DNA from: Lama glama
Lineage: Eukaryota
Length of the DNA: 64,000 nucleotides
NCBI GenBank assembly: GCA_028534125.1
Contig: CM052817.1
Span: 60,266,001-60,330,000 of the forward strand
Reading direction: 5' to 3'
Below are positions 1 through 12,493 of this stretch, piece by piece. The notes beneath the pieces are model-generated. The model ran no database searches, was not told the DNA's origin, and worked only from the letters and a program-made list of their open reading frames with translations. How positions within the stretch are numbered: position 1 is the first letter of the stretch; every line of letters starts with the position of its first letter. A program made the position numbers and the translations under genes.

Positions 1-319
1 TAATAGTGAACATGTTAGTTGTTGAAATTGCACAGAAACATTAAAATGTTCCTGTATTTAATTGGTACTTTGAAAACTATATTTATTAAGCATTTAAAGT
101 ATTTGTATAAGAACATCAAGTCTCCAGATGAATGAAAGTCATACTAAAGGATAGAGGAGAGAACTCTGAGAATCTACCACATTTAACTGCATGCTACATC
201 AGTACATTTACACAGATAGTGAATGGTACAACCTGTCTTTAAACTTATTCATTCCCAAATTCATAATTTCACCCATTAGATCTTAGAAATATTAATGGTA
301 GACACTGGGGCAATTATTT

Positions 320-640
320 TTAGAGTGTTTCTAGTTTTTTCCATTTTTCAAATAGTGCTCATTTGAAAATCTTTGCACATACGTTTTTGTGCAAGTATGT
401 AATTAATTCTTTAGCATAGTTTTTAGGAAGTAAAATTAAGCAAGGTGGATAACTTAACTTGATATATTCGGTACTGCCAAATTGTATTTTACACAGTCTT
501 AGCAATTTTCAATACACAATGTAGAAGACTGACTCTTTTCTTGAACCCTGCCACCAATGGAAATTATGATAGTTTTAGAATAATAGTTTCTAGTATATGT
601 GAAAAATAATACCTAATCCAAGAAGGTAATCTCATTGTTG
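320..640 (-). mobile_element. Ancient L1 (L1M/L1ME-type) 3' fragment
   Basis: Degenerate antisense L1 3'-region wording (tgtttctagttttt...tagtgct...tttgcacatac...ttttaggaagtaaaatt...tgccaaattgt). Boundaries approximate. Confidence 0.55.
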
Positions 641-1010
641 AACATTTTAAGGAAAATTGTTTTTAGTATACCAAAAAATCAGAAAATTTATTTTTATTCC
701 AGCAGGCCAAATTAAGGTTAACCATGGTGTTTCACAGTGATTTAATCAAAACTTTCTGGACTGAATTATTTAGAGACAAAGACCTTGTGTACAATAGCCC
801 TCTAAAAATTGATATTAACATAGTTGATGGGGATCAATGATTTCATTCCAGCTATGATTTCTCTGTTTGTTTTAACTATCACTGACACTAAATATTTGCA
901 GGGCTCACTCTTCTTGGGGTCATAAGTTCCTAGAAATCAGAAAATAGCCTTTTTTTTTCCATTTGCTAAGATTAAATGGTCAAAAGAGAAAATATCCCTT
1001 TAAGCAGATG

Positions 1011-1150
1011 GAGATAATTCAGGTTAATTTCTCCATTTCAAGCAGCTTAACTTAATCACATTTATAAAGTCCTTTTTGCCATATAAGATAACATTCATAG
1101 ATTTCAGGAAATAGAACCTAGATAGATGGGGGAAATTATTCAGCCTATCA
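1011..1150 (-). mobile_element. MLT1 (ERVL-MaLR) LTR fragment
   Basis: ttaatcacatttataaagtcctttttgccatataagataacattcatag...attattcagcctatca resembles the reverse complement of the MLT1 LTR start. Confidence 0.75.
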
Positions 1151-1242
1151 AAAAGATGCAAATCACCAGTCATTAGTATTATTTATTGTATACTTTTATT
1201 CATTGTTATGATGCTCAGCTGAAGTAGAGACTTTACAGGATG

Positions 1243-1375
1243 TTCTGTATCTTGTAATAGCCAATACTGAAAAAGAATATGAAAAGAAATATATATACAT
1301 ATACAACTGAATCACTATGCTGTATACCAGATATTAACATGTTATAAACCGACTATACTTCAGTTTAAAGAAAAA
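1243..1375 (+). mobile_element. 5'-truncated L1 3' end, cetartiodactyl type
   Basis: actgaatcactatgctgtataccag...ttataaaccgactatacttca followed by an A-rich tail is the typical artiodactyl L1 terminus. Confidence 0.8.
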
Positions 1376-1971
1376 GATAATTCTTTTGAGTAAAGCTTGT
1401 GAATAGCTTGATTGATTACTGTTTTCAGCCATTTGTTCAGAGAGTTGTAGTCATCTGAACCTTTAGATTTTCTTTAATGTAGTATGGTATTATATAATTG
1501 TATAGCAGGCTAGCACAGTTGGTCCCACTGATTTCTCTTTTTTGCCTACTTCTGTCTAAATTAAGGAATAAATAAAACATGATTAATCTCCATGGCTATG
1601 GTCCCAAAATTACTGAACTTTTTATCTGGGAAAAACTTGCATACATTTGTGGAATTGCTTCGTTTTCTAATCTCTTCTCACTATTTTGAGCAATCTTCGC
1701 CATGCTCTTCAACCTTCATGTATGGAAAAATAAACCTGGACATGGTAATAGTGGTGCTGAGGGGGGAAAACCTTGGGAAAAAAAGTTTCTTTAAGGGTTA
1801 AAGGTAAATAGCTGTGTCCTCTGAGAGCACTTATGGTAATATACATCAGTAAGGTAATTTGGTATGTGATATTTCCATAACTTTTCTTAATCATAGACAT
1901 TTTTATACTTGGAGCCTGAATTAACAGCTTCAGCAACTAGTGAACCAAGGAAATACTATACATTAAATATC

Positions 1972-2300
1972 CACAGGCCTTTATTTACAATTGTGAAATC
2001 TGAAAAGCTCTAACAACTAAAAGATACTTCTTAACTCATTTGGAATCAAAACTAAGTGAGAATGATGTGGGAAATTTTTTTTGTTTTTATGTTTTTTATC
2101 ACATATATTTGTAGCTATTGATATCTTTGCTACAGAAATATGAATGAGCTTGACTTGGGGGTGCTGCTACAGACCCTCTTGGTAGTATTATATAAAATAT
2201 GGTATATGCACAATATTGCCTTTCTAAAACCCCAAATATTAGGAATATTTAGGTATATCTATCACATCAGGGTTTGCTGATAAAGGCTTAGAGACCTGTA
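1972..2300. mobile_element. Ancient non-autonomous DNA transposon, TcMar/Tigger-like (family uncertain)
   Basis: Ends acaggcct / agacctgt are near-inverted, with TA at the right end. The internal ggggtgctgctacagaccc...atatggtatatgcac...cctttctaaaa resembles old Tigger-type MITEs. Confidence 0.55.
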
Positions 2301-2839
2301 TTTTTAAAAAGCACATGCATTCTTTTGCAGATGGCAAAAAGTCTCTTTTTTTTTCATTACGTTTCTGACCACAGATCTCCAGTGCATCCATATTCCTACC
2401 CAAGAATGCTACTATAGTACCTCAATATTCTTTGGAAAAAGAAGCAGTGAGTAGAGGCCTGCCTCGTTTCCCCATCACTGACACTACTAACCTAGCTGCA
2501 TGCGTACCCTGCACTCTGTTTAACCTGTAAGGCAGAGCTTGAACTGTCTCCATGCTTACTTAAGGCCACTATGTGATCTCATATGCACACTGCTTCTGCA
2601 GTTCTGCCCTCAAAAGCAAATGTGTGAATGTGCACACAGTCATGAATCCTACATTTCTTCTTTTCTATGTCCTACTTCCCAACAGAGGCAGACATGCTAT
2701 ACTGCCTCTTATATTACACATAACACACTTACCTCTCTAAATACGATGCCCCCCTCCAGGGACAGCCCTTCGATCCTCTCCCCTTCAGAGTAAAACTCCC
2801 AAATAAGCTGTCCAAACTTATGCTCTCTACTCCTCCATT

Positions 2840-4260
2840 TCCTTCCTTTTTCAACCTACTCCTGTCCACTGAAGTGTCTCTTACCATGGTTACTAATAAT
2901 TTCCATTGTGACAATTCAGTGGTCAGTTGTTATCCCCATATTACATTATAATTTTACCCAGCCAACTTGTTACTCAGTTTTGAAAGTTTTTTTTTTTAAC
3001 TTTGCTCCCAATTTTAGTTTCTTTCTTTTTTTCTGCGTACCTTAAGGCTCTTTCACCTACATCTCTTCCAGAACTCTAAATGATCTAGCGGCCCACTATT
3101 TAGTCTTGAGGACTTTGTCTGTTCTCGGCGTTAAGTGCATGTGATTCCATCTATTCCGTAGCCTCCAAATTTGTATTTTTACAAATCGATCAGACTTTCC
3201 CAGTTTACCACAGTGTGTCTCTGTTGTGCTTCAGACTGACTTGTTTGTTGTCCATCTCCAAAGGACTGTCTAAGCAAGAATTCCAAACTTGATGTTTCTG
3301 AAACAAGAATTGTTGGTTTTTCTGTACAAATCTGTTCCTTTCCTACTTAAAAAAAATTTTTAGCCTCAGTAAACCACATATCATTTATCAAAATGCTTAA
3401 TCCATAAGCTTAAGGGTTATTCTGAAAGTTAATTTCTCTTACAGTCTCCCTCACTGAATCAGTAAATGCTGCTGGTGCCACCTTCAAAATATTTGTCTAA
3501 TTCTCTCTCTCTTTTCACCATGATTCCTGCTACTGTCCTAGTACAAGTCCCTGTGATATTTCACTTAGATTACTCCAGTACCCCTATCTCCCTGCTTCCT
3601 GTCTTTTGTCTTTTACCAGCAGAAAACATGAACTTTTCAAAATGTAAATCAGTTCATAACTCTTTTCTCAAAACCCTCAAATACCTTCTCATTGCATTCA
3701 GGTAAAAAGAAACTCAACAGAATTGAAAACAGTTATTAGAATAGGTGTACATGCATATTCATAGCTGCAGGATTCACAGTAAGCAAAAATGGAAGCAACT
3801 GATCCACCAACTGCTGAATGACAAACACATCATGGTATATACATACAATGGAATATTATTCAATCATTAAAAAATGAAGTGCTGATTCATGTAACAACAT
3901 AAATTATTCTTGAAAACATCATGCCAAGTGAAGTACACCAGTCTCAAAAGGCCACGTGTTTTATGATTCTCTTTGTATGAAATATCCACATTAGGTAAAT
4001 CCATAGACACAGAAAAAGAGGCACTAATTAGCTCTTCAACCTCATCCCTACAGCTCTCCATTTACATCACCTATTCTAGCCACACTGGTCCTGCTTATTT
4101 ATGGTTTCTTAGCATATTCTCACTAAGCTCATTTGCGATTGCTTTTTTCCTCTTCTTGGATATCTCTTAAGTCAAATCCTGAAATGGCTTATTCTTATAT
4201 CTTCTTAAAATATTACTTTCTCACCAAGTATCACCTTCACAGTAGCTCATGCAAAGTTTC
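2840..4260 (+). mobile_element. L2 LINE 3' portion, interrupted by an L1 at 3706-4018
   Basis: Pyrimidine-rich L2 motifs (ccactgaagtgtctcttaccatggttactaataat; tttcaaaatgtaaatcagttcataactc...aaaaccctcaaataccttctcattgca; ttctagccacactggtc) continue on both sides of the L1. Confidence 0.75.
3706..4018 (+). mobile_element. L1MB-type fragment (ORF2 end / 3' UTR)
   Basis: tggtatatacatacaatggaatattattca...ttgaaaacatcatgccaagtgaag...caaaaggccac...taggtaaatccatagacacagaaa. Confidence 0.85.
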
Positions 4261-4269
4261 CATAGGATA

Positions 4270-6190
4270 ATAGTGACTTCCTAAGTCCACATGTTCCCAG
4301 ATATCTTCTAAAACCCATGTAGCTTGTAAGCATCGTAACTACCCCCCAACACATACAAAATCTCTAGTATAACTACCATACAGGAGATACGACAGTGTTG
4401 CAATTACCTGAGTGTAAGGATATAAACTCCTATAATGCCAGAGCTGGCTCTGGAGCCCACACTGAATTAGGGAGACAGAGACTGAAATGAAAGAAAGGAA
4501 GTGGAGGCCTAGTAGTGGCTGACCACAGATAAAATAACCCCCACAAAGAGAGACACTGAAAACAGATCCAAGGAAATACTGAGAACAGGTCTGAGAACAG
4601 GTCTAAAAACAGGCGAGGAAAAAGGAAGGTGCTTGAAATTATTGGGACTAAATGTAACAATACTGAGATGATACTATTTCTGAGCAAGAATGGGCAAATC
4701 AGAGGAGTGTGGAATATCCCTTTGAGGCTCTGTAATTAATGGGAAGAAAAGGAATCAAATGGTTGAAATTTAGAAGCCCTACAGAAACAAAAGAGAATCA
4801 CTACCTAAGAGAACCCTATTGCATTAAGAAGAGATACCCTCAATAAATGAAGTTTCTTTTCACTTTAACCATATGACAGTGTCCATGAACATAGAAATAT
4901 TTGTGTAAAGCCAGTAAAATTATTTTTGGCCTTTTACCAGCTATTGCTTGTTTAGGGAAAAAAAGTTATTTCAAAATGAACGAAAAATCTTTGACAACAT
5001 TTATACAAATCTACTACAAAAAGAAAAGATATATTGACTATCAAAAAATTTTAACTGAAAATTTCCCCCCACCATCTCACACACACATACACATAAAACG
5101 ACCAAGAAACAGAGGAGAATTCAAACACAACACCCAAACCTAATATAGTATCTTTTAAAAAATCACTTGCAGATATGAAAAAAATACATTTTGAATAAGT
5201 GACTCTAAAAAACAGAAATTGACAAAATATAAAAATATGTGAAATCAGAGTTGAATAGTTCTGAAATGAAAGAGAAGAAGAGAAAAAAAAAGACCTCAGT
5301 AATAAAGATTAAACTGAAGGGTACCTAAGGAGGAATAGATTCTCATGAGTATTTTTTATAAGTGGCATTGATGAAGAGAAAGCGTGGGGAGCAATGAAGG
5401 AGCCGAGGAAATGAAAACAAAATAAAGAACTAAAAAGAATCAGAGAAAAAATGATATAGTTATCTAAGAAGTTACAGATTTCTTAAAATTGGAATCCCTG
5501 ATGAGGAAAACTCAGACATAGGAGTAGAAAAAGAATTTTTTTAGGGCTATAACTCAAGAAAGTTTTTCAGTAATAAAAGATCTTCAGTTACATATTGAAA
5601 GGGCGTATCACATTAACTCTTAAGCACACCCTGTAAAAACTTTTAGCCCTTATGGTATTTTTTTTAAAAGTCCTCTGGGCTTCCAGAGAAAGAGATCAAG
5701 TTACTTCCCCTCAACCAAAAAAACCGAAACCAAAACCAAAAACAGAATCAGGTTGTCATCAGACATATTCACAACAATATTCAAAATAAGACAATAGGGG
5801 GACCCTGTTTTCCAAAAATACAAAGGAAAGACTATGTGATCCAAGCTGTCTTTCAAGTATTAAACTTGAAAGAACTTGGAGAATACTACACTCACCAGAG
5901 GCTGAGCTGTTTCTACCTACGTGGTTATCAGATAAGTTTTGACCAAACGATTGATAGTAAACACTGAATATATTTAATTGTAGACCTAAGACTAAAACAG
6001 AGGTTTGAAAAGGGTAGAGTAATAGTATGTAAATATGGTCTAGCAAATTAGTAATTTTGCCATTTCAAATAAATGGGGGATAAAGAAGAGAAAAATGGAG
6101 ACGAGGGTATTAATTTTCACGTAGGTGTTAGGTATGAGTCAAAGGATATCATTTAAAGCTTAATTAGTAGCCAAATAATGAAAAAATGGA
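4270..6190 (+). mobile_element. Decayed HAL1-like / old L1 5' UTR plus ORF1 remnant
   Basis: A-rich stretch with ORF1-type landmarks (attggaatccctgatgagg; catattgaaagggcgtatcac; gaatcaggttgtcatcagac; ccaagctgtctttcaagtat) and no ORF2 after it. Boundaries approximate. Confidence 0.6.
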
Positions 6191-7262
6191 CCAAGAGCTT
6201 CTTTAAGGCTTAACCTCTATCTCTCCAGGAGCTCCAAATTTTCTAGGAAAGGTAATACATATACATTCATGACATCTGTTATAGCTAATCTCTGAAAAAG
6301 TTTTTTAAAGTAACATTAAAAAAAAAGTATGTCTAGATGCTAGGAAGGAATTTCTACATAAAAATAATGAAAATTCTATTTTGAATTTAGAAATCCGTTA
6401 AAATCTGGGCAAGAAATCATACACTGTATTTATAAGTCTGCTATTTGTTAGTTAAAATATACAGAAATATAAATATGTCTTTGCAAATGAAGTAGCAGCT
6501 TTTTGAAATATCCTTAGTTCAATTCTTATTCTATCTGGAAAAAGCCAAAATTTCTTTCTTTCCCTTCTTTCTTCCTTCCCTCATTCCCTCCCTTCCGTTG
6601 TTTCTTTTTCTTTCTTTCTTCTGAAAATGAATATATTTTTAAACTGTTCTCACAGATCATATGTGTGGGTATGTTTTACTTTATTTTATTTTTCTGTTTT
6701 TGTTCTTGTTGTTTGTGTGTTTTAGTGGTGGTGATCATGGCAGCCGTGGTGTTGATATTTCATTTAAATCTTCTACTTCCAAATGTATTTTGAAACATGA
6801 TGTGTAGCAATTTTTGCTTTTGTGTTCCTTTGCATCAACTATAGCTAGCTGTTTTTCAATATTTTTGCTTAGTGAAGTCAAAAGGAATATAAACAAAATT
6901 TCTCCTTGCAAATGAATCTCATCCAGCTGCATTCAAGTATGAAAGAGCTCTCAGAAAAAAATACCCATTAATTTTCATTTCAAAAATACTTCGTAAAGTG
7001 GTTCACAGGCCCTTGTTAATGGCTTGCCTGATGTCCTCTGGATCACCATATGCTGTCATCACAAAATGTCAGGTCCATAGAGAAATGGCCCTCTGGCTTT
7101 TTAGGATAAGTTGTTGGGAAAATATCACTAAGTCAAATCAGTTAATTCCATATCCTTAATCAAGTACTTCTGTGATTTGATGGCATAAAAAATGTTTTTA
7201 ATGCTATGTACAACAACTAGTAGAATTGGTAATAGATGATTGAGAGAATGTCTGAGTTGATA

Positions 7263-7328
7263 TGAGTGAACTGGAGGACTCTACTGAGTGAACTGGAGGA
7301 ATCTACTGAATGAACTGGGTGAACTTCC
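7263..7328 (+). repeat. 22-bp tandem repeat, about 3 copies
   Basis: tgagtgaactggaggactctac / tgagtgaactggaggaatctac / tgaatgaactgggtgaacttcc. Confidence 0.9.
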
Positions 7329-8994
7329 ACCTGTCCAACTCCAGGAGAAAACAATATAGTCTGGTAAGCAGGGTGTATCTTAGTGAACTACTCTGGCCCT
7401 AGTTTAAACCAGAGATGAAGGGCTGCTCTGTGCAGGAAGGAAAAAATAATCGGGGTCTAGTGAAAGGATAGACTAAAGTATGCTGAACAGCAAGGACCAC
7501 ATCATCAGTAAGGAGAGCATTCCTCCTGTAATGAACCTTGTAATGAAAGCGTGAGCCAAACCTGGAGAGAACCAAAGGGGTCTTCCAGGAGAAAAGTCTA
7601 TCTTATTCTCTTTAATATGTGATGTTTATGTAGTCATCTTACTACTTCATTCTTCTTTGTCAGGGAGAAATACATAGCTTAAATTAGATATTTTACTTTT
7701 TCTAACATTAGTAGATGAATTCTGTTTGATCCTCTTTTCTACAGAATCTGAATTTGGTTCTTTTTTTCTTATCATCTAGAGTTGGAGAGCTTGGTTTCCA
7801 TGCTTCTGTTTACAGTTATTTCTGGACAATATATATTCTGTTCTCACTTCTGAGGTACTTTTAATTGTCTTGTATTAGAATTTACTCTTGTGATGGGATA
7901 CTCAAAGCCTTTGTAGCCATTCCAAGTTCCATGGTGCCCTGGAAATCTGTGCGATTCTCCCTCTTTGCTAAGATACCTAATTTCAAGGATTTTACTTTTA
8001 GTTTTCACTGGTGCTCCTTGTTCATTTTTCTGGACTCACTCTATCTAGTTTAGAAGATATTAATCAGAATTATCAAGATCCTGTTAGCTAACCTTTCCAC
8101 ATTTCTGTGAGGAGAGAGAGTAATAGAACTCTGGTGCAGCTTTTATAATTACTCTTAATTTCATTTTTTCTTTCTTTACAAAGTTAAGCTAATTAAAACA
8201 TCACTTATTTTTGCATTTTCCTGTTTGTCTGCTCTTTTTCTTTTTCTTTTTTCTTTTTTTTTTTTTTTTGGTCTGTTCTTCAAACCCAAGAGAGGCAGAA
8301 ATGTTTTAATCAAAACTATGAATTCACATATGTACTCGTATACAGACAAACACTCATATATATTGCTTAGCATCATGCCCATACTGTATATGTAAGATCT
8401 CTCTGTATATTTTGATCATCCACACAGAAGTAAGACAGAGCAATGAAAATATCTGGGGAAAAAAAAAAAACACGATTAGTCTACTTAGCCCTAAGGCAAC
8501 CTGGTTCAAATCTACCTACATTTGGTAGGTACAATAACTTACTGCCACATTATGATCCATGATGTGTCATCTGGGACTTGACTTTGGACTTATTTCTGTA
8601 TCAAAGTAACTAGTAAGGCAAAGTGGCTGGTGTCTTTGAAGAAAAACATACTTATTATTAAAAACTAAAAAGGATACTCCAGTGATTAAAAAATCTTTTG
8701 CTGTTGAAATTTCTAAAAATACTAGTTATGCTTGGACATAAGAATGGCATGAAATTGCCTAAAAATTACTCGATTTTTAATTTGCTTATCCAAGAAAAAT
8801 CAAAAGAAGGGATGAGAAAGTTAGAGCTAAGCCAGGCTGTACATATGCATATGTGATATATATAAAATACACATACATATAACATATATATATAAATCTT
8901 TATCACATTATTGTTAAGCATGAAATTGAAGTAACTAAATGGAAGTTAGAAGTAAAGAAAGCACCTTTAATATTCTCAAAATGTTGCTGAAGTT

Positions 8995-9085
8995 CAAATG
9001 GGAAATTATATATATAATTGCTTACCTGGCAGGATTGATATGAGGATTACCATTTATGTGACAGAAACATTTCTAAACCATTTTG
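8995..9085 (+). mobile_element. MIR fragment
   Basis: aaatgggaaatt...cttacctggcaggattgatatgaggatta resembles the MIR core. Confidence 0.55.
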
Positions 9086-9269
9086 ACCTTCTTAAGGTAA
9101 GTTTGTAGTATTGATTAGAGAATAACATCTGCTTTCCTTTTAACCCCAATCTGAATTCAGATTTCTTTTCACAGCGATAGAGGAAGTTATTATAATGAAA
9201 TGGATTCTAATAAGTAAGCAGATGTTCTTGAGAGGTGGTATGGATGATCATGAGAAGAGTTTTAGAACT

Positions 9270-9581
9270 TCTTCTATTTTTTTTTTACATTTTTATTGAT
9301 TCATAATCATTTTACAGTGTTGTGTCAAATTCCAGTGTTCAGTACAATTTTTCAGTCATACATGGACATATACACACTCATTGTCACATTTTTTTCTCTG
9401 TGATTTATCATAACATTTTGTGTATATTTCCCTGTGCTATACAGTGTAATCTTGTTTATCTGTTCTACAATNNNNNNNNNNNNNNNNNNNNNNNNNNNNN
9501 NNNNNNNNNNNNNNNNNNNNNNNNNNNNNNNNNNNNNNNNNNNNNNNNNNNNNNNNNNNNNNNNNNNNNNNTCTTCTATTT
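9270..9581 (-). mobile_element. Young camelid-type L1 insertion; 3' end visible, remainder in assembly gap
   Basis: Poly-T then a clean L1 3' UTR (tttttattgattcataatcattttacagtgttgtgtcaaattccagtg...ttccctgtgctatacagt). tcttctattt occurs at 9270-9279 and again at 9572-9581 as the TSD. Confidence 0.85.
9472..9571. other. Assembly gap (100 N)
   Basis: Run of exactly 100 n, the usual placeholder for a gap of unknown size. Confidence 0.99.
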
Positions 9582-10159
9582 GTTGAGATTAAAAAAAAGT
9601 CTGTATTTATTGTGGATAACTTTATGTTTATTGACCCCGTATGCTAATACTATGTAAATACAGGATGTTACATATTTAGTTAATATTCCATGCACTGAAC
9701 TTCTCAGTGAGTTAAAAGATTTAAAATAAGTCATCATACATCATCCATGTATTGCTCATATTTGAGATTTTCAGCAAGGGTTCTAAAAAATGTAAAGGTT
9801 TTTGACTTGCCATGTGAAGATATTTATATATATATATAGTTATGTTTACTTGTTATGTATATATTTGTGTGTCACTTATTAAAGAGTTTTTCTGTATTGG
9901 AAGTTTTTGCTTGTTTTCAGTCAATGTTTTTTAGTATATATGTATGTATTCCCTTTACTATCGCTAGAAATTCATACCTGTGACTGCCTATAGCTTGGAG
10001 ATATTGCATATCCTACCTGTTAACTCCATATTGGCACAAAAAGTTACTAGATATTTTGATTACTTCTTAATCATTCTTAATCATAACTTATTTAATTCAT
10101 CCATTTTCAGTATTTAAAGGTGGGTAATAAATACCATGTAATCATGTATTTCATTATAT

Positions 10160-10579
10160 TTGATATTTATTAAAGTATAATTTACATACAATATTGGTTT
10201 CAGTTGTACAACATAGTGATTCAATATTTTTATACAATATAAAATGATCACCATGATAAATCTAGTTACATATATCATCATACAGTTATTATAATATTAT
10301 TGACTATATTCTCTATATTGCACCTTATATCCCCATGACATTTATTTTATAGCTAGGTGTTTTTAACTCTTAATCCCCTTCACCTATTTCTCCCAGCTCC
10401 CCATCCTACTCCCCTCTGACAACCACCAGTTTGTTCTCTGTATCTATGTCACTTTCTGTTTTGTTATGTTTGTTCACTTCTTTTGTTTTTTAGATTCCAT
10501 ATATAAGTGAATCATATGGTATTTGTCTTTCTCTGTCTGACTTACTTCACTTAGCATAATACCCTCTAGGCCTATCCAC
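10160..10579 (-). mobile_element. 5'-truncated L1 3' end (L1MA9-like / laurasiatherian L1)
   Basis: tttcagttgtacaacatagtgattca...caaccaccagtttgttctctgtatctatg...ttttagattccatatataagtga...ttcacttagcataataccctctagg. Possible TSD tatttga at 10157-10163 and 10580-10586. Confidence 0.9.
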
Positions 10580-11137
10580 TATTTGAAGGGTAATTATGAG
10601 CCAGCATGTGATAAAGCATATCGTGAGATTAGGGAGAAGAAGTAGGGAAGAACATCAAAAAAATGATAAAATATTGACAAGTACTGATGTAGCTCTCCAG
10701 AAGATTAAATTCCATGGTAAAGACTGGATCCAAGATAAATAATTATAAAAACAATGTTACCATAATAGAAATGTGTATAAGTAAAATGAGCATTTTTGTG
10801 AAAAGAAATGGGGTAGATTCTACTTACATAGGAATTAAAAGGCATACGGAGATATGGGTTTTCTACATGCCAGAGGTAATTGGGCATTCTAAGCAGAGGG
10901 AGATGTACACAAATAATACAAATAACACAAAGTTATTTGAAGGTAAAAGCTAATAGTTGTGGGGGCAGGAGTTAGACGTTAAGGAACCAGGGTGGTAGAT
11001 TGAGGCCATTGTATGAATAATTATTACATCAGGACAATACAGGTTCCTCACAGAAGTTAGTCATATGTGTTTTAGAAAAGTCAGTCCTGTAGACAATATA
11101 GAGGATTTGCTGAGAGATTAGCAAGGGAGAGTGATAC

Positions 11138-11290
11138 CCAGTGTATTATTAATTAGCTTCTCATGAAAAACAATTTATGGTCAAATGCAATTGGGAAATT
11201 GTCAGTCAACATATATAAGCATCTTTAGAAGGCTGACTAATGGATGACCTGGTATTTTAATATGTGAATATGCACTGTGAAGTGTATATG
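11138..11290. mobile_element. MER103-like hAT-Charlie fragment
   Basis: ttatggtcaaatgcaattgggaaa...tttaatatgtgaatatgcactgtgaa. Confidence 0.55.
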
Positions 11291-11339
11291 CACAGCACAC
11301 ACTTAAGTACTTAACGATGTCTTCATCATTATCTTCACC

Positions 11340-11460
11340 TATTAAGCTATAGGAAAAAATATACGTAAGTTGCTCAAAGACACAAAGCTAATTCAATAAT
11401 GGAGCTGGGAGTCTAATCCATATCTGTTTAACTCCAAAGTTTTTAATCACTATGCTAGAC
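11340..11460 (-). mobile_element. MIR fragment
   Basis: ttgctcaaagacacaaagcta...ggagctgggagtctaatcca...actccaaag...taatcactatgct. Confidence 0.7.
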
Positions 11461-11856
11461 CCATTTCACTGAAAAAAAAAAGTTTAGTGGCTATTTGTAG
11501 GCAATGGCAGAGAAATGGGGGTACTTCAAGAGTGATCAGAATGTAATACCAACAGGATTTGTTACATGCTGGATACTGGGCTCTTAACAAATAGCTTTCA
11601 TGAGGTAAATTAATCTCTGGAATAAGCCATGCTTATGAGCACATATATGCCTTATTCTGAAAAAAAGATTTCCAACATTTGCTTCAAATTCTCAGAGAAA
11701 TCTGAAACCATTAGCAGATGAAGACTCACTGCTAGTGGACCAAAGACATATCTCTGAGGTAGATTAGTAGATCCGCAGGAGGAAAAAAGGACATGAGGGA
11801 GATGATAATTGAGAAAGCAATGTTCCAGAAGTCAAAGCAACAGGAGAGCTTCAAAA

Positions 11857-12090
11857 CAGCATGGAGATTAATAAGAGCACAGATACTGGAGGAGTCAGAC
11901 TACATGGGGACAAAGCCTGTCTTACCAGTAACTAAGATTTTGGTTAGATTATTTAACCCTTTAATAAAATATTTCCACATTTATAATTTAAACACAGATA
12001 GTAACATACTTGATAGGGTACTAATGAACATCAAATGATTTGAAACAATTTAGTTACTTAGAGAAGGGCCTGAAACAAGGGAAGTGTTGT
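11857..12090 (+). mobile_element. MIR, near full length
   Basis: acagcatgg...taagagcacagatactggaggagtcagac...ttatttaaccct...acttagagaagggcctgaaaca. Confidence 0.75.
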
Positions 12091-12281
12091 TTCAGTTGTT
12101 TCAGTGTATATCATGAACAAGGATCTTACCTGGGGATTTTTATTTGCTTTTTAGACTTCACAGTAACCCATGAGTCTCATCATGTAGTGGTAAAGCTATT
12201 GTTAAAACTAAGTGGACCCACGGTTCTCTTTGGCTCTTAAACCCAAGCTCTTTTAACTATACCGTATGTCATGACAATATC

Positions 12282-12493
12282 AAAAAAGAGAGGATTTTTA
12301 ACAAGGACCTACTGTATAGCACAGGGAACTATGTTCAATTTCTTGTAATGAGCTGTAATGGGAAAGAATCTGAAATAAATGTTATATAAATGTATGTATA
12401 TGTATAACTGAATCACTTTGCTGTACATGTGAAACATTATAAATCAACTACACTTCAATAAAAATAAGAATTAAAAAATAAAAAAGAGAGGAT
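12282..12493 (+). mobile_element. 5'-truncated artiodactyl L1 3' end with 14-bp TSD
   Basis: aacaaggacctactgtatagcacagggaact...aatcactttgctgtac...aaatcaactacacttcaataaaa plus A tail. aaaaaagagaggat at 12282-12295 and 12480-12493. Confidence 0.93.

Noticed and set aside
7263..7328. Regular direct repeats resembling a CRISPR array
   Set aside because: No spacers, mammalian context, no cas genes; a simple tandem repeat.
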